Positions 9,196 through 18,714 of a DNA stretch of 64,000 nt are shown here, piece by piece. The notes under the pieces were generated by a model. The model had not been told where the DNA came from and ran no database searches. It was given only the letters and a program-made list of their open reading frames with translations. The stretch is taken from NCBI GenBank assembly GCA_037380845.1, contig JARRRI010000003.1, forward strand, positions 36,531-100,530. Reading direction: 5' to 3'. The stretch comes from Candidatus Sulfobium sp. Its GTDB lineage: Bacteria; Nitrospirota; Thermodesulfovibrionia; Thermodesulfovibrionales; UBA6898. Both the position numbers and the translations under genes were made by a program. Numbering within the stretch: position 1 is the stretch's first letter; every line of letters starts with the position of its first letter.

Positions 9196-11460
9196 CTATC
9201 CCGAAACCTTACCGCCTATTGTCTCTCTCAACATAGCCGCCAACTCCGTAATGCGCCTGTCCGTCGTGATCTCTTCCAGGAACATCGGCATTTTTCTCAT
9301 CCAGGAGGGATAACCTTCACTGTTTCCCGGCAGGTTCTGCTGGTCCATGGCGCCGATGACATCGTTCAAATTGACCAGGACCAGTTTGCAGGGGGTGGAG
9401 GCCAGATAGCGGTAGATAGCAGAGCAGAGTTCGGGCGTCATCTGCTCTGCGGAATAATCGCCGGGCAGAAAACCCGCTGATTTGAGAGCAGTCAGAATAA
9501 GAGACTTGTCCCGCTTCCTGACCTCGACCACCTCCCGCCACTTCTCGTCGTCGTCATACACTCCGAGCCGCCGCCTGACATGGAGGTCCCTGCCGGCCCA
9601 GTACCCGTACAACGTAGGCAGGTCGTGGGTAGTAACTGAACAAAGGGCGGTCTCGGGATATCCGCCGGGAGGGGTAAAAGAGGGATCGGGGTAGTTCCTT
9701 TCGAAATAGAAGAGCCGGTACGAAAACATGCGGAACCTCCGGAGTGTCTCCCTCACGTTTTCACCGATGGTTCCCAGGTCTTCTGCGATGATCGTGGTCC
9801 TGTTGCGCACGCTTTCGAGTGCGATAATCCTGAGCAGGTCTTCAGAAGGATAGCTGACATAGGCGCCTTCCTTTGCGGTCATGCCGTGCGGAATCCAGAA
9901 AAGCCGGAACAGGCCCAGCGCATGGTCGATTCTCAGGGCCCCCCCGTATTCCATGTTCTTCCTGATCGTGTGTATGAAAAGGTCATAGCCCGTCTCTTTC
10001 AGCCTCAGTGGTATCAGCGGCGGGAAACCCCAATTCTGGCCGTCCGGGCTGAAATCATCCGGAGGGGCGCCAACATCCGCCTCCCGCGCCAGAACTTCCC
10101 CGTAATTCCATGCGTCGCTCCCTCCCCCCATGGACCCCACGGCCAGATCGTGGTAGAACCCGAGGGACATTTCTCTCTTCTCGATCCTTTCTGCGGTCAA
10201 TGCCAGCTGTTCGTCGATAAGCCACTGGACGTACTTGTGATAGAGGACCTTCTTCCAGTTCAACCTTTTGAACTGCCTTACTGCGGGGCCCAGGGGGTCG
10301 TGATACTCCTCCGGCCAGGACTGCCACGCGAAGGCATTGTTATTTGTCTTCATATAGTCGCTGACAGCCTGGTAGACTGCAAATGCATCGAGGAACTCCC
10401 CCTCCCTGGCAGCGTATTTTCTGAAATCTTCGCCCCTTGCCGTGTTCTTCCTGTAATGCGTGTCATAAAAAAACCGGAAAGCCTGCTTGAGTATTTCCTC
10501 TTTCAGCGAAGCTACGCCCTCGTAATCTATAAATTCCCGATCCCTGAGCCGGGCCGCCCTCTCCCGGAAGACCGCGGAGCCCAGGACCCTGCCGATGTCC
10601 GCCGATTCCCTGACTTCCGGCAGGCTCTCGACGTCGAGGTATATGAAATTTCTGTAGAGCCTGCTGACTGGCGAATAAGGACTTATCCCGGAACGCTCTC
10701 TGTTCGGGACCGCGTGCAGAGGGTTGATTCCTACAAACCCGCCCTCCATGGAATCAACCCACTTCACGACAGCATCGAGGTCGGTAAAATCTCCGGAGCC
10801 CCAGTTCCTCCCGGACCGGAGCGAGTACAGGTCCACGGCAACTCCCCAGGACCTGCCCTCCTGCAAGGCGGGCGGAAGATAGCAGGTGTCGGGTGTTATA
10901 ATGGTCCGCGAAATCCCTGCCAGCTGCTTCTTTCGGTCCGGAAAGATCCGGCGGGCATGTCTGAACTCAAAACGCAGGAGATAGTATCCGATATTCCGGA
11001 AGGTGCTGTCTTCGACAACCATCCTTATATATCGTCTTCCCTCGACATGCCGCTCTTCGGAAACCCGTATGTGCTCGCCCGAAACCGTGAAATCGTCTCG
11101 GCCGCCCTCTTCGTCCTCTATCGACCACGAGACGGAAAGGTCCGGTTCCTCACCCTCTTCTAACGGAAGACGAAGAGAGACGGTCATGGGCTGCTCATTC
11201 ACGGATATAACGCGCACCGGATCCACGAAAACCTTCCATTCCGACCACGTCAGCTTCCCGATTTCTTCAGCAAGGCCCTCTCCGGAATCGACATTCAGCT
11301 TCATTGCGCTGAGGATTGCCTTTTTTGTTTCAAGGGGTGTTACGTGCTTGTTGCCGAAGATATCGTAATACTCCGGCATGATCCCGCAGAGGGCCGCAAG
11401 CTCATCTACCAGTTCATTATAGGGTTTCATCTCTTCCCCGCCATGGAGTCCGGTCGTCAT
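9196..11460 (-). CDS. malQ: 4-alpha-glucanotransferase (amylomaltase, GH77); start may be 11430
   Basis: SPYSPVSR, DLAVG, GAPPDDF..GQNWG, LRIDHALG, IIAEDLG, TTHDLPT. Confidence 0.95.
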   Translation of the reverse strand: MTTGLHGGEEMKPYNELVDELAALCGIMPEYYDIFGNKHVTPLETKKAILSAMKLNVDSGEGLAEEIGKLTWSEWKVFVDPVRVISVNEQPMTVSLRLPLEEGEEPDLSVSWSIEDEEGGRDDFTVSGEHIRVSEERHVEGRRYIRMVVEDSTFRNIGYYLLRFEFRHARRIFPDRKKQLAGISRTIITPDTCYLPPALQEGRSWGVAVDLYSLRSGRNWGSGDFTDLDAVVKWVDSMEGGFVGINPLHAVPNRERSGISPYSPVSRLYRNFIYLDVESLPEVRESADIGRVLGSAVFRERAARLRDREFIDYEGVASLKEEILKQAFRFFYDTHYRKNTARGEDFRKYAAREGEFLDAFAVYQAVSDYMKTNNNAFAWQSWPEEYHDPLGPAVRQFKRLNWKKVLYHKYVQWLIDEQLALTAERIEKREMSLGFYHDLAVGSMGGGSDAWNYGEVLAREADVGAPPDDFSPDGQNWGFPPLIPLRLKETGYDLFIHTIRKNMEYGGALRIDHALGLFRLFWIPHGMTAKEGAYVSYPSEDLLRIIALESVRNRTTIIAEDLGTIGENVRETLRRFRMFSYRLFYFERNYPDPSFTPPGGYPETALCSVTTHDLPTLYGYWAGRDLHVRRRLGVYDDDEKWREVVEVRKRDKSLILTALKSAGFLPGDYSAEQMTPELCSAIYRYLASTPCKLVLVNLNDVIGAMDQQNLPGNSEGYPSWMRKMPMFLEEITTDRRITELAAMLRETIGGKVSG

Positions 11461-11525
11461 CCTTTCACCATGATAGCAGAATATTTCCTGCGTTCGAAGA
11501 AAAGTTGAGATTCGGGTGTTTTTCG

Positions 11526-11553
11526 ATCGCTATTCCCTGTATAATATAGCGCT
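11526..11553. promoter_or_regulatory. ModE-box-like operator overlapping a TATAAT -10 element
   Basis: ATCGCTATTCCCTGTATAATATAGCGCT; the 24-bp core CGCTAT-N12-ATAGCG matches the length and ends of the ModE consensus; sits just before modE. Confidence 0.7.
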
Positions 11554-11554
11554 T

Positions 11555-11947
11555 ATGCATCACAAAAAGGTCCATCCGCGCAAGGAACACCATGGGGCCA
11601 CCGGTCTCCGCGGCCGCGTCTGGATTGACGGACCGGAGGGGACCTTCCTGGGCTACGGTCGCATCACCCTGCTCGAGAGAATCCGTGAACATGGTTCGGT
11701 AACCAGAGCGGCGAAGTCGATGGAAATGTCTTACCGCCATGCATGGGAACTGGTGGAATCGATGAACAGACAGTCAGGCAGGCCCCTGGTCGAATTGGCT
11801 GCAGGAGGCAAGGGAGGGGGCGGTGCCCGCCTTACTGCGACGGGTGAAAAGGCCGTCGCCCTCTTCTGGAAATTTTATGAAGACTTCCAGGATTTCCTGA
11901 AGAAGGAAGAGAAGGTCCTGGATGTTGAGTTCAATACTGATTTCTGA
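11555..11947 (+). CDS. modE: ModE-family regulator, winged-helix domain only
   Basis: GYGRITLLERIREHGSVTRAAKSMEMSYRHAWELVESMN...GGKGGGGARLT; no C-terminal molybdate-binding (Mop) domains. Confidence 0.9.
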   Translation: MHHKKVHPRKEHHGATGLRGRVWIDGPEGTFLGYGRITLLERIREHGSVTRAAKSMEMSYRHAWELVESMNRQSGRPLVELAAGGKGGGGARLTATGEKAVALFWKFYEDFQDFLKKEEKVLDVEFNTDF

Positions 11948-12039
11948 AAGGGCAAGACCGCTCTGGGCAGCGAGATCTTCCGGACGGGATGTTGCAAACC
12001 GAATGTCTCATACGGCTTTTACATGAGGAGGAAGGTTAG

Positions 12040-13389
12040 TTGAAAAAATTCTTACCGGCTATTTTTTGCACATTATTTGTCATGAGTTTTACGGCAACGG
12101 CCTTTGCAATTCACGCGGAAATCCCGTCTGAGACACAGGCGGTGGTGGCGGCGGGAACGACACGGCTCCACATCGGCGGCGACCTGAGGATAAGGGGCTG
12201 GTATCTGAACAATGTCGGCTCCCCGAGTTTACCCGGCAAGTACAATTCGTTTGCCTACTATGACCACAGGGTAAGACTTGACGTAAATGCAAATATATCG
12301 CCCAACCTTCAGGGGATGGTCCAGCTGGAGTCCAATACAGGTCAGAGGGACACGTTCATTTGGGGCAATTTCAATTCAAAGCCCACCGACATGGGCATCC
12401 GTCAGGCATGGATCATATACAGCGGGGCGGGGTTGCTGGGTTTCCGGGCCGGGCTGAAGATAGGCCATATGCCGCTCATCCTGGGAGACGGGGAGTTTTT
12501 TGACCACAGGAAATACGGCGATGATGCTGTCCTGGCTTTTTTACTGCCGTCAAAAGGGCTGGAGGTTGACCTGCTCGCCATCAAGCTGGCAGGTGACGGC
12601 GCAGCCATCCCCAGCAATATTCCAAATTATGGCATTAAAGGCTATAAGGGCTCAAAAACCGACAACACTGCTGACCTGGACGGCTATGTGGCTGTCGTAA
12701 CATATAAGGTCGATGGGAACACCTCGGTGGGTGTAAACTATACATACCTGAACCTGCCGGATTTCGGGTTCAGTCACCAGAACATCGGCTTCACGGCGAA
12801 GGGCCAGGTCTCCGGTTTCGGCTACCGGGCGGCAGCGGACTTTCAGTTCGGAAGCAATAACGGAAGTCTTCCTGCAGGTGCCGGCAGGAAATTCAGGGGG
12901 TATGCCGTTCTTGCGGGCCTGAACTACATGATCGACAAAGTCAATCTGAGGGCGGGCTTCGCTTACGGAAGCGGCGATGACGATGCCACTGACGACAAGC
13001 ATTCCCAGTTCGAGGACTACCTGACGACAAGCCAGCGTTATACCCTCGTTTATGAATACAAGATCACCACTACGGCTGGAAGGCTTCATTCGGGCGTGAG
13101 CAACACCACTTACTACAATCTCGGTCTCGATCTGAAGCCGGTTAAGGACATGAAGGTGGCTCTGAACGGTTACATAATCAGAGCGTCTGCGACCATGGAC
13201 GGCATCTCGAAAGATGCCGGATGGGAAGTCGACGGCAGGATCGATTATCATATTTCAAAAAACCTCGTCTACAGGGTGGACGCCGGATACTTCGAGGCCG
13301 GAAGCTTTTACCCGGACACTTACTCCGAGTTGAACGGAAAGAAGGAGGAAGCGACCGTCCTGCGCCATCTGGTCGAGCTCTCTTTCTAG
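12040..13389 (+). CDS. Outer-membrane beta-barrel porin (alginate-export-like family)
   Basis: TTG start with GAGGAGG RBS; signal peptide ending AFA; amphipathic strands; terminal Phe (VELSF). Confidence 0.8.
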   Translation: MKKFLPAIFCTLFVMSFTATAFAIHAEIPSETQAVVAAGTTRLHIGGDLRIRGWYLNNVGSPSLPGKYNSFAYYDHRVRLDVNANISPNLQGMVQLESNTGQRDTFIWGNFNSKPTDMGIRQAWIIYSGAGLLGFRAGLKIGHMPLILGDGEFFDHRKYGDDAVLAFLLPSKGLEVDLLAIKLAGDGAAIPSNIPNYGIKGYKGSKTDNTADLDGYVAVVTYKVDGNTSVGVNYTYLNLPDFGFSHQNIGFTAKGQVSGFGYRAAADFQFGSNNGSLPAGAGRKFRGYAVLAGLNYMIDKVNLRAGFAYGSGDDDATDDKHSQFEDYLTTSQRYTLVYEYKITTTAGRLHSGVSNTTYYNLGLDLKPVKDMKVALNGYIIRASATMDGISKDAGWEVDGRIDYHISKNLVYRVDAGYFEAGSFYPDTYSELNGKKEEATVLRHLVELSF

Positions 13390-13613
13390 TCCGTCGGAAG
13401 AGAATAAGGCGTGAGAATAAATAAATTCGCTGCGGAGCCCTCTTGTTTTGTTCCGCCTTCTGTAATATGATTTATAAATCAGGGTCAGCCCAAAGAAGTC
13501 TTTGTTAGACAGCTTACCGGTATTCCCGCCGTCGCCTTCAGCGTGTCGGGATCTTGCAGAATTGGCGCAGTTTGTATGAACAAATTGATTAAGCATCGTC
13601 AGGAAGACTGAAA

Positions 13614-15002
13614 ATGGCGGAACAAGCGTCCGATGCCTTCGTTTTCTTTGGAGCCACCGGCGACCTTGCCTACAAACAGATTTTTCCCGCACTTCAGGCC
13701 CTCATTATCCGGGGGCTTCTCGACATTCCGGTCATAGGCGTGGCCAAGTCCGGCTGGGATATCGAAAAACTCAGGGAACGGGCAAGAGAGAGTATCGAAA
13801 CACACGGCGGCATAAATGAAGAGGCGTTTTCAAAACTCTCTTCCCTCCTGCAATATATTGACAGCGACTATCACGAAGACGCCACTTACGATTCACTGCG
13901 GAGGGCTCTTGGCGATGCAAAACGTCCCCTCTACTACCTCGCTATCCCTCCCAGCATGTTCACCACGGTAGTAGGCGGTCTCTGCAGGTCGGGTTGCTCG
14001 GACGGGGCGCGTGTGGTAGTCGAAAAACCCTTCGGCCGTGACCTGTCTTCCGCCCGGGAACTGAACGGCATCCTCACCTCGGTCTTTCCCGAATCGGCGA
14101 TATTCAGGATCGACCACTTCCTGGGGAAGGAGCCGGTCCAGAATATATTCTACACCCGGTTTGCGAACACTATCTTCGAACCGATCTGGAACCGGAATTA
14201 CATATCCTCCGTGCAGATAACGATGGCCGAAAACTTCGGTGTAAGGGGGCGGGGCAAGTTCTACGAGGAAACCGGGGCGATCCGCGATGTATTCCAGAAC
14301 CACCTGCTTTCTATCGTCTCATTTCTCGCGATGGACCCTCCGAGCGGCGACGACCCGGGGGCGCTGCGTGAAGAGAACACCCGACTGCTGCACTCAATTC
14401 GGCCCCTCGATCCGACTCACGTCGTGCGCGGCCAGTTCCGGGGCTACCGTCAGAGGCCCGGCGTGGCCCCTCATTCCGAGGTCGAGACATTCGTGGCGGC
14501 CCAGCTTTTCATTGAGTCATGGCGCTGGGCCGGGGTGCCTTTCTACATCAGGACGGGCAAATGCATGCCGGTTACTTCAACTACGGTGACAGTCGAATTC
14601 AAGCGTCCGCCAAGGGAGGCCTTCGGCGAAATCGTACCCAACCTGTCGAACCACTTCCGGTTCCGTCTCAGCCCCGACGTACTGATCGAACTGGGGATCA
14701 GGGTCAAGATCCCCGGTGAAAGAAGGGCCGGGGAAGATGTAGACCTCACACTCGTCCAGAGTGAGGGCGATGCGATGGCGCCCTACGAACGCCTTCTGGG
14801 CGATGCCATGACGGGTAACCCGGTCCTCTTCGCACTGGAAACCACCATCGAGGAGCAGTGGAGGATAGTGGATCCCATTCTCGGGGAAGCGTCGCCCCTC
14901 TACTTTTATGACTCGGAAACATGGGGGCCGGCCGAGGCGGACCAGATAATAGCCGAGCACGGCCCATGGTACAACCCGAAGCCGGCGGGCAAATCTTCCT
15001 GA
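13614..15002 (+). CDS. zwf: Glucose-6-phosphate 1-dehydrogenase
   Basis: GATGDLA, EKPFG, RIDHFLGKE, RDVFQNHLL, WAGVPFYIRTGK. Confidence 0.96.
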   Translation: MAEQASDAFVFFGATGDLAYKQIFPALQALIIRGLLDIPVIGVAKSGWDIEKLRERARESIETHGGINEEAFSKLSSLLQYIDSDYHEDATYDSLRRALGDAKRPLYYLAIPPSMFTTVVGGLCRSGCSDGARVVVEKPFGRDLSSARELNGILTSVFPESAIFRIDHFLGKEPVQNIFYTRFANTIFEPIWNRNYISSVQITMAENFGVRGRGKFYEETGAIRDVFQNHLLSIVSFLAMDPPSGDDPGALREENTRLLHSIRPLDPTHVVRGQFRGYRQRPGVAPHSEVETFVAAQLFIESWRWAGVPFYIRTGKCMPVTSTTVTVEFKRPPREAFGEIVPNLSNHFRFRLSPDVLIELGIRVKIPGERRAGEDVDLTLVQSEGDAMAPYERLLGDAMTGNPVLFALETTIEEQWRIVDPILGEASPLYFYDSETWGPAEADQIIAEHGPWYNPKPAGKSS

Positions 15003-15232
15003 ACTTCAGGGAATAAGAATTGTAACGGCGCCGTAAATCATACTCTTTAAAAATGCCCTTGCCGACCGAAACCTCCGACTAACGGTTTTAGGGGCAGGCT
15101 TCGAGGTCCATTTTGCTGTTTTTCCCGGAGTACTAATCGGGAAGCCACTTTTCTGAAAGCAAAGGAACCTGAACACCATCCGAGGATTTCGGCGATGGCG
15201 CTTACCCGGGAAATATCACAGCAACTAATGTA

Positions 15233-15682
15233 TCAAATTCCCGGTTTACTCTGCTGAGCTTCGACTCCGGCAGGGCCGGCCAGCACTCCGGTCAGGATCT
15301 GAAGCAGGTCTTTCCGGCTGTACGGTTTCAGAAGCACCCCGCTGAAGCCGTATTTCCTGAACTCATTCGTGATCGGCGTATTGGCCAGTCCGCTTGAAAC
15401 AATGGCCTTCACTGCCGGATCTATTTCGAGAAGCTTCTTCACGGCCTCCTCGCCGCCCATCCCCCCCGGTATCTTCAGGTCTAATAATACGATATCAAAA
15501 GGTCTTCCCGCTTCTCTTTCCCTTCTGAAAAACAGGACCGCCTCGTCCCCGTTTCGGGTAACCTCCACCTCGAAGCCCATGTCTTCCAACATAGCCTCCG
15601 CAAGGATTCTGATCCCTTCTTCGTCATCCATAACCAGGATCCTACCCCTTTCACCGTCTGTTAGATTTTCCGTGACCGCCAT
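15233..15682 (-). CDS. Single-domain response regulator (REC)
   Basis: ILVMDDE, LLDLKIPGGMGG, VSSG, KPY. Confidence 0.88.
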   Translation of the reverse strand: MAVTENLTDGERGRILVMDDEEGIRILAEAMLEDMGFEVEVTRNGDEAVLFFRREREAGRPFDIVLLDLKIPGGMGGEEAVKKLLEIDPAVKAIVSSGLANTPITNEFRKYGFSGVLLKPYSRKDLLQILTGVLAGPAGVEAQQSKPGI

Positions 15683-15754
15683 TGTCCGCCTTCCCCCCGG
15701 AACGTTTCACCTGCGGCGGGCATAACCCTCCCGCCTTATGATCGCTTATCGTCA

Positions 15755-15770
15755 TGCAAGGAAAGTGCCA
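15755..15770 (-). promoter_or_regulatory. Sigma-54 (-24/-12) promoter for the REC gene
   Basis: Minus strand reads TGGCAC-TTTCC-TTGCA, matching TGGCAC-N5-TTGC. Confidence 0.7.
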
Positions 15771-15789
15771 TGGATATAAACATGGAAAT

Positions 15790-16920
15790 TCAGTTGTTCC
15801 GCACAAACTCCCTGGCGAGTTCACCCATATTCTGCGCCATCTCCGGGCTGTTCAGGATCTGCCTGATCCTGAACGCTGCTCCTTCTACGGAGTGGACTAG
15901 AAATCCGGTGACTCCATGGGTTATCTGCAGGGGAATCCCCCCGGACGCTCCTCCGATAACCGGCTTGCCCTTCCACATGGCCTCAGAGACGGTCAGGCCG
16001 AAGCCTTCTTTGAGGGACTTCTGAAGGACCACTGTCGCTATCCTCTGGAGGGCGTTTATATCCCTGTCGCTGAACGGCGGCAGGAGAAGCGGGTAAATGT
16101 CGGGGTCGCTTGCCACATGTTCCTTCACCTCGTTCAGGACGATGGCGCCTTCAGGATCGTCGGTGGCAGGACTTCCGGCGAGGATCAATATACATTCGTT
16201 ATACTTTTTCACCAGCTTATATGCCTCTATGACCCCCACAGGGTCTTTGAACCGGTCAAACCTCGAAACCTGAAGTATAATTGGCCTGTCCGTAGGTATC
16301 TGCAGCCTTGCCAGGGTTTCCTCGACTTCCTCCTGCGTGAGGTCCCTGTTTTTGTCGCTTACCGGGTCTATGGAAGGCGGTATGATGAATTCACCCACCG
16401 CCATGGCCCTCGCGAATTTGGCCACCGAAAAAATAGCGGCATCATACTTCTGGCAGTACCGCATGAGGTTGTCGCATACTTCCCGGAAAGGGTTCGACAT
16501 GTCTATGTGGCACCGCCATACCCATCTGCCGTCTTTCCGGAATTCTATGAGGGGGGCGGGCTGGGGGTCGTGGATAAGCACTGCGTCGGCGTCAAGATCA
16601 AGTTTTTCGGCGTTCCTCCGGTTTACTTCGAAGTGGTATTCCCACATCTCTTTTGTAATAACCTCCATGTTTCCCTGCAGGGCGTTATGCATCTTCTTCG
16701 TTATATCGAAGAACTTTTCATCACCCTCGAGGATTTCCCATCTTGCAGTCACACCAAGTTCCAGGAGTACGGGCAGCATGCGCTGCAGTATTTCGGCAAC
16801 GCCGCCGCCGGCGCGCGTCGAATTTATATGGAGGAACGAGCGGTCCTGCAGCTTCTCCCCGAGCTTCTGCAGGAGCAGGAGGTCTCCCTTCGGCGATATG
16901 CCGGAATACTGTGTTATCAC
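15790..16920 (-). CDS. treT: GT4 glycosyltransferase, TreT-like trehalose synthase; C-terminus looks shortened
   Basis: HINSTRAGGGVAEIL, IHDPQP, WRCHID, SRFDRFKD, EGFGLTVSEAMWK. Confidence 0.85.
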   Translation of the reverse strand: MITQYSGISPKGDLLLLQKLGEKLQDRSFLHINSTRAGGGVAEILQRMLPVLLELGVTARWEILEGDEKFFDITKKMHNALQGNMEVITKEMWEYHFEVNRRNAEKLDLDADAVLIHDPQPAPLIEFRKDGRWVWRCHIDMSNPFREVCDNLMRYCQKYDAAIFSVAKFARAMAVGEFIIPPSIDPVSDKNRDLTQEEVEETLARLQIPTDRPIILQVSRFDRFKDPVGVIEAYKLVKKYNECILILAGSPATDDPEGAIVLNEVKEHVASDPDIYPLLLPPFSDRDINALQRIATVVLQKSLKEGFGLTVSEAMWKGKPVIGGASGGIPLQITHGVTGFLVHSVEGAAFRIRQILNSPEMAQNMGELAREFVRNN

Positions 16921-17588
16921 CCCGATATGACCTCCATGTCATTTTTGACCTCGGCCTCGACTTCCTGGATGATATGGTCCCTTATGCCTTCCACGCTGTG
17001 CATAAAAAGGTCGATCGAACGTATTCTCTCGGCGAGGTCCTTCTTGCCGAGGACGTTTTCCACCCAGGACGAAAAATCGTCTACGCCGCTTCCGAGCCTC
17101 ACCCTGGCCTCGTAAAAATGGTAGTATATGGAGCCCGTGTCTACGTATTTGATAGCCAGAAGGAATTCGGCAAGGTTCAGGGCCCTTATCCCTACGTGGA
17201 AGGTAAGACTTATCGTCTCATTGAAGTAGAATTCGTCGCCGGGCATCGCCTCGCGCGGCTCGGGGAATTTTTCGAGATACTCATCGATCGTCTGCACCAA
17301 CTCCTTCCTCAGTTCGGTAATGTTCCTGAAGTCATAGGGATCTATATTGGACAGCCGTTCCGCAAGGGCTCTTTCCTCCAGGTTCTCGCCGGCCCACTGG
17401 GCAAAGTCGTTCGTATACTCGAGTATGTGGCCCTTGAGAAAATACTGGTAGGTGTGGTGGAAAATCGAATCGTCCCCGACGGTCGCAATAACATCCCTCA
17501 GTTCGCGGAGGTTGGACGCACGCCTGCCTGTAGACTTTATGATATTCGAATGCTGCTTGAAATCAAACGCCGTTACTGCTTCCGCCAA
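16917..17588 (-). CDS. DUF5752-like protein commonly linked to treT
   Basis: Duplicated SIFHH...NDFAQW / SIYYHF...DDFSSW motifs; overlaps treT start. Confidence 0.75.
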   Translation of the reverse strand: MAEAVTAFDFKQHSNIIKSTGRRASNLRELRDVIATVGDDSIFHHTYQYFLKGHILEYTNDFAQWAGENLEERALAERLSNIDPYDFRNITELRKELVQTIDEYLEKFPEPREAMPGDEFYFNETISLTFHVGIRALNLAEFLLAIKYVDTGSIYYHFYEARVRLGSGVDDFSSWVENVLGKKDLAERIRSIDLFMHSVEGIRDHIIQEVEAEVKNDMEVISG

Positions 17589-18619
17589 TCCTTTTCCTCC
17601 CTCAGATATACTGTCCGGTGCGGGAACGGGATATCCACACCTTCTTCGCTGAACCTTTTGAATATCCTCTTCCTGAGTTCATGTTGCGCATAATACTGGT
17701 CGACGAACTCCTGCACCTGACAGATAAGCGTAAAGTCCAGCGAACTGTCACCGAAACCCGGGATAAACCGCACAAAGGGCTCAGGGTCCCCCAGCAGCCC
17801 CGGAACGGTACCAACCGCCTTCTTCGCCTCTTCCACAAGAATCTGCTCGACCCTTTCCGGGTCAGCCGAATAACTCACGCCTATCGGAATAAGGAGCGAC
17901 ATCCTCTTTTCCGGCAGGTAGTAGTTGGTCACAATACTCTGAGCCAGCTTGCTGTTGGGTATTACCACCATATTGTTCGGCAGCATCCTGACCCTTGTTG
18001 TCCGCCACGTGATATCGTCAACATATCCCTCCTGTCCGGATTCAAGCTTGATGAAATCTCCCACTCTTATCGACTGCTCCATCAGCACGTGTATGCCCGC
18101 AAAAAGGTTGGCGAGCGTGTCCTGAAGGGCAAGCGCCACGGCAAGTCCCCCTACGCCCAGGGCCGTGATGAGCGGCGTTATCGAAATTCCCAGGACGTTC
18201 AGGACAATCAAACACCCTATAATAATAATTATGCCCTTAAGGAGGCCGTAAGCAAGCCCGGTGGTGGGAATAGGGAGATTTGACTTCCTCACATAGTTCC
18301 TGAATATCCTGCCCGCAAGGTTCGCGGCCGCAAAAGTGACGGACAATATGATGATCACGTAGATGACTCTACTGAGGTAGAAGGCATATTTTGCCGGTAT
18401 TTCCGAGGTCACGACCCCGGCGTAAAGACCAATGGCTATGCTCCAGTATATGGAAGGAGTGCTGAAAGACTCTATGATAATATCGTCTACCCTCGACTGG
18501 GTCCTGCCGGCCCATTTGCGCAATACCCTGAAAGCAACGCCCCTGATAACAAGCAGAGCCGAAAGAGAAATGACGGCTATCGCCGCGGGAATGACCAGAG
18601 TCTTTAATTCGGGTATCAT
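17573..18619 (-). CDS. mscS: Small-conductance mechanosensitive channel
   Basis: ALGVGGLAVALALQDTLANLFAG, IRVGDFI, IPNS, FGDSSLDF, IPFP. Confidence 0.93.
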   Translation of the reverse strand: MIPELKTLVIPAAIAVISLSALLVIRGVAFRVLRKWAGRTQSRVDDIIIESFSTPSIYWSIAIGLYAGVVTSEIPAKYAFYLSRVIYVIIILSVTFAAANLAGRIFRNYVRKSNLPIPTTGLAYGLLKGIIIIIGCLIVLNVLGISITPLITALGVGGLAVALALQDTLANLFAGIHVLMEQSIRVGDFIKLESGQEGYVDDITWRTTRVRMLPNNMVVIPNSKLAQSIVTNYYLPEKRMSLLIPIGVSYSADPERVEQILVEEAKKAVGTVPGLLGDPEPFVRFIPGFGDSSLDFTLICQVQEFVDQYYAQHELRKRIFKRFSEEGVDIPFPHRTVYLREEKDWRKQ

Positions 18620-18714
18620 CCTTATCCCCCTGAGAAAGAAAGGCTTATTTCAAAAAGATCACGAAATAAAATTTCATTTTTTATGAGTGAGATGACAGAA
18701 CCTGAGGAAAGGGG

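Noticed and set aside
11979..11996. GG-N10-GC possible sigma-54 site before the porin
   Set aside because: The -24 half is a poor match to TGGCAC
15770..15792. TGA readthrough (selenocysteine) at the end of treT
   Set aside because: Downstream codons do not resemble TreT and no SECIS-like hairpin is evident
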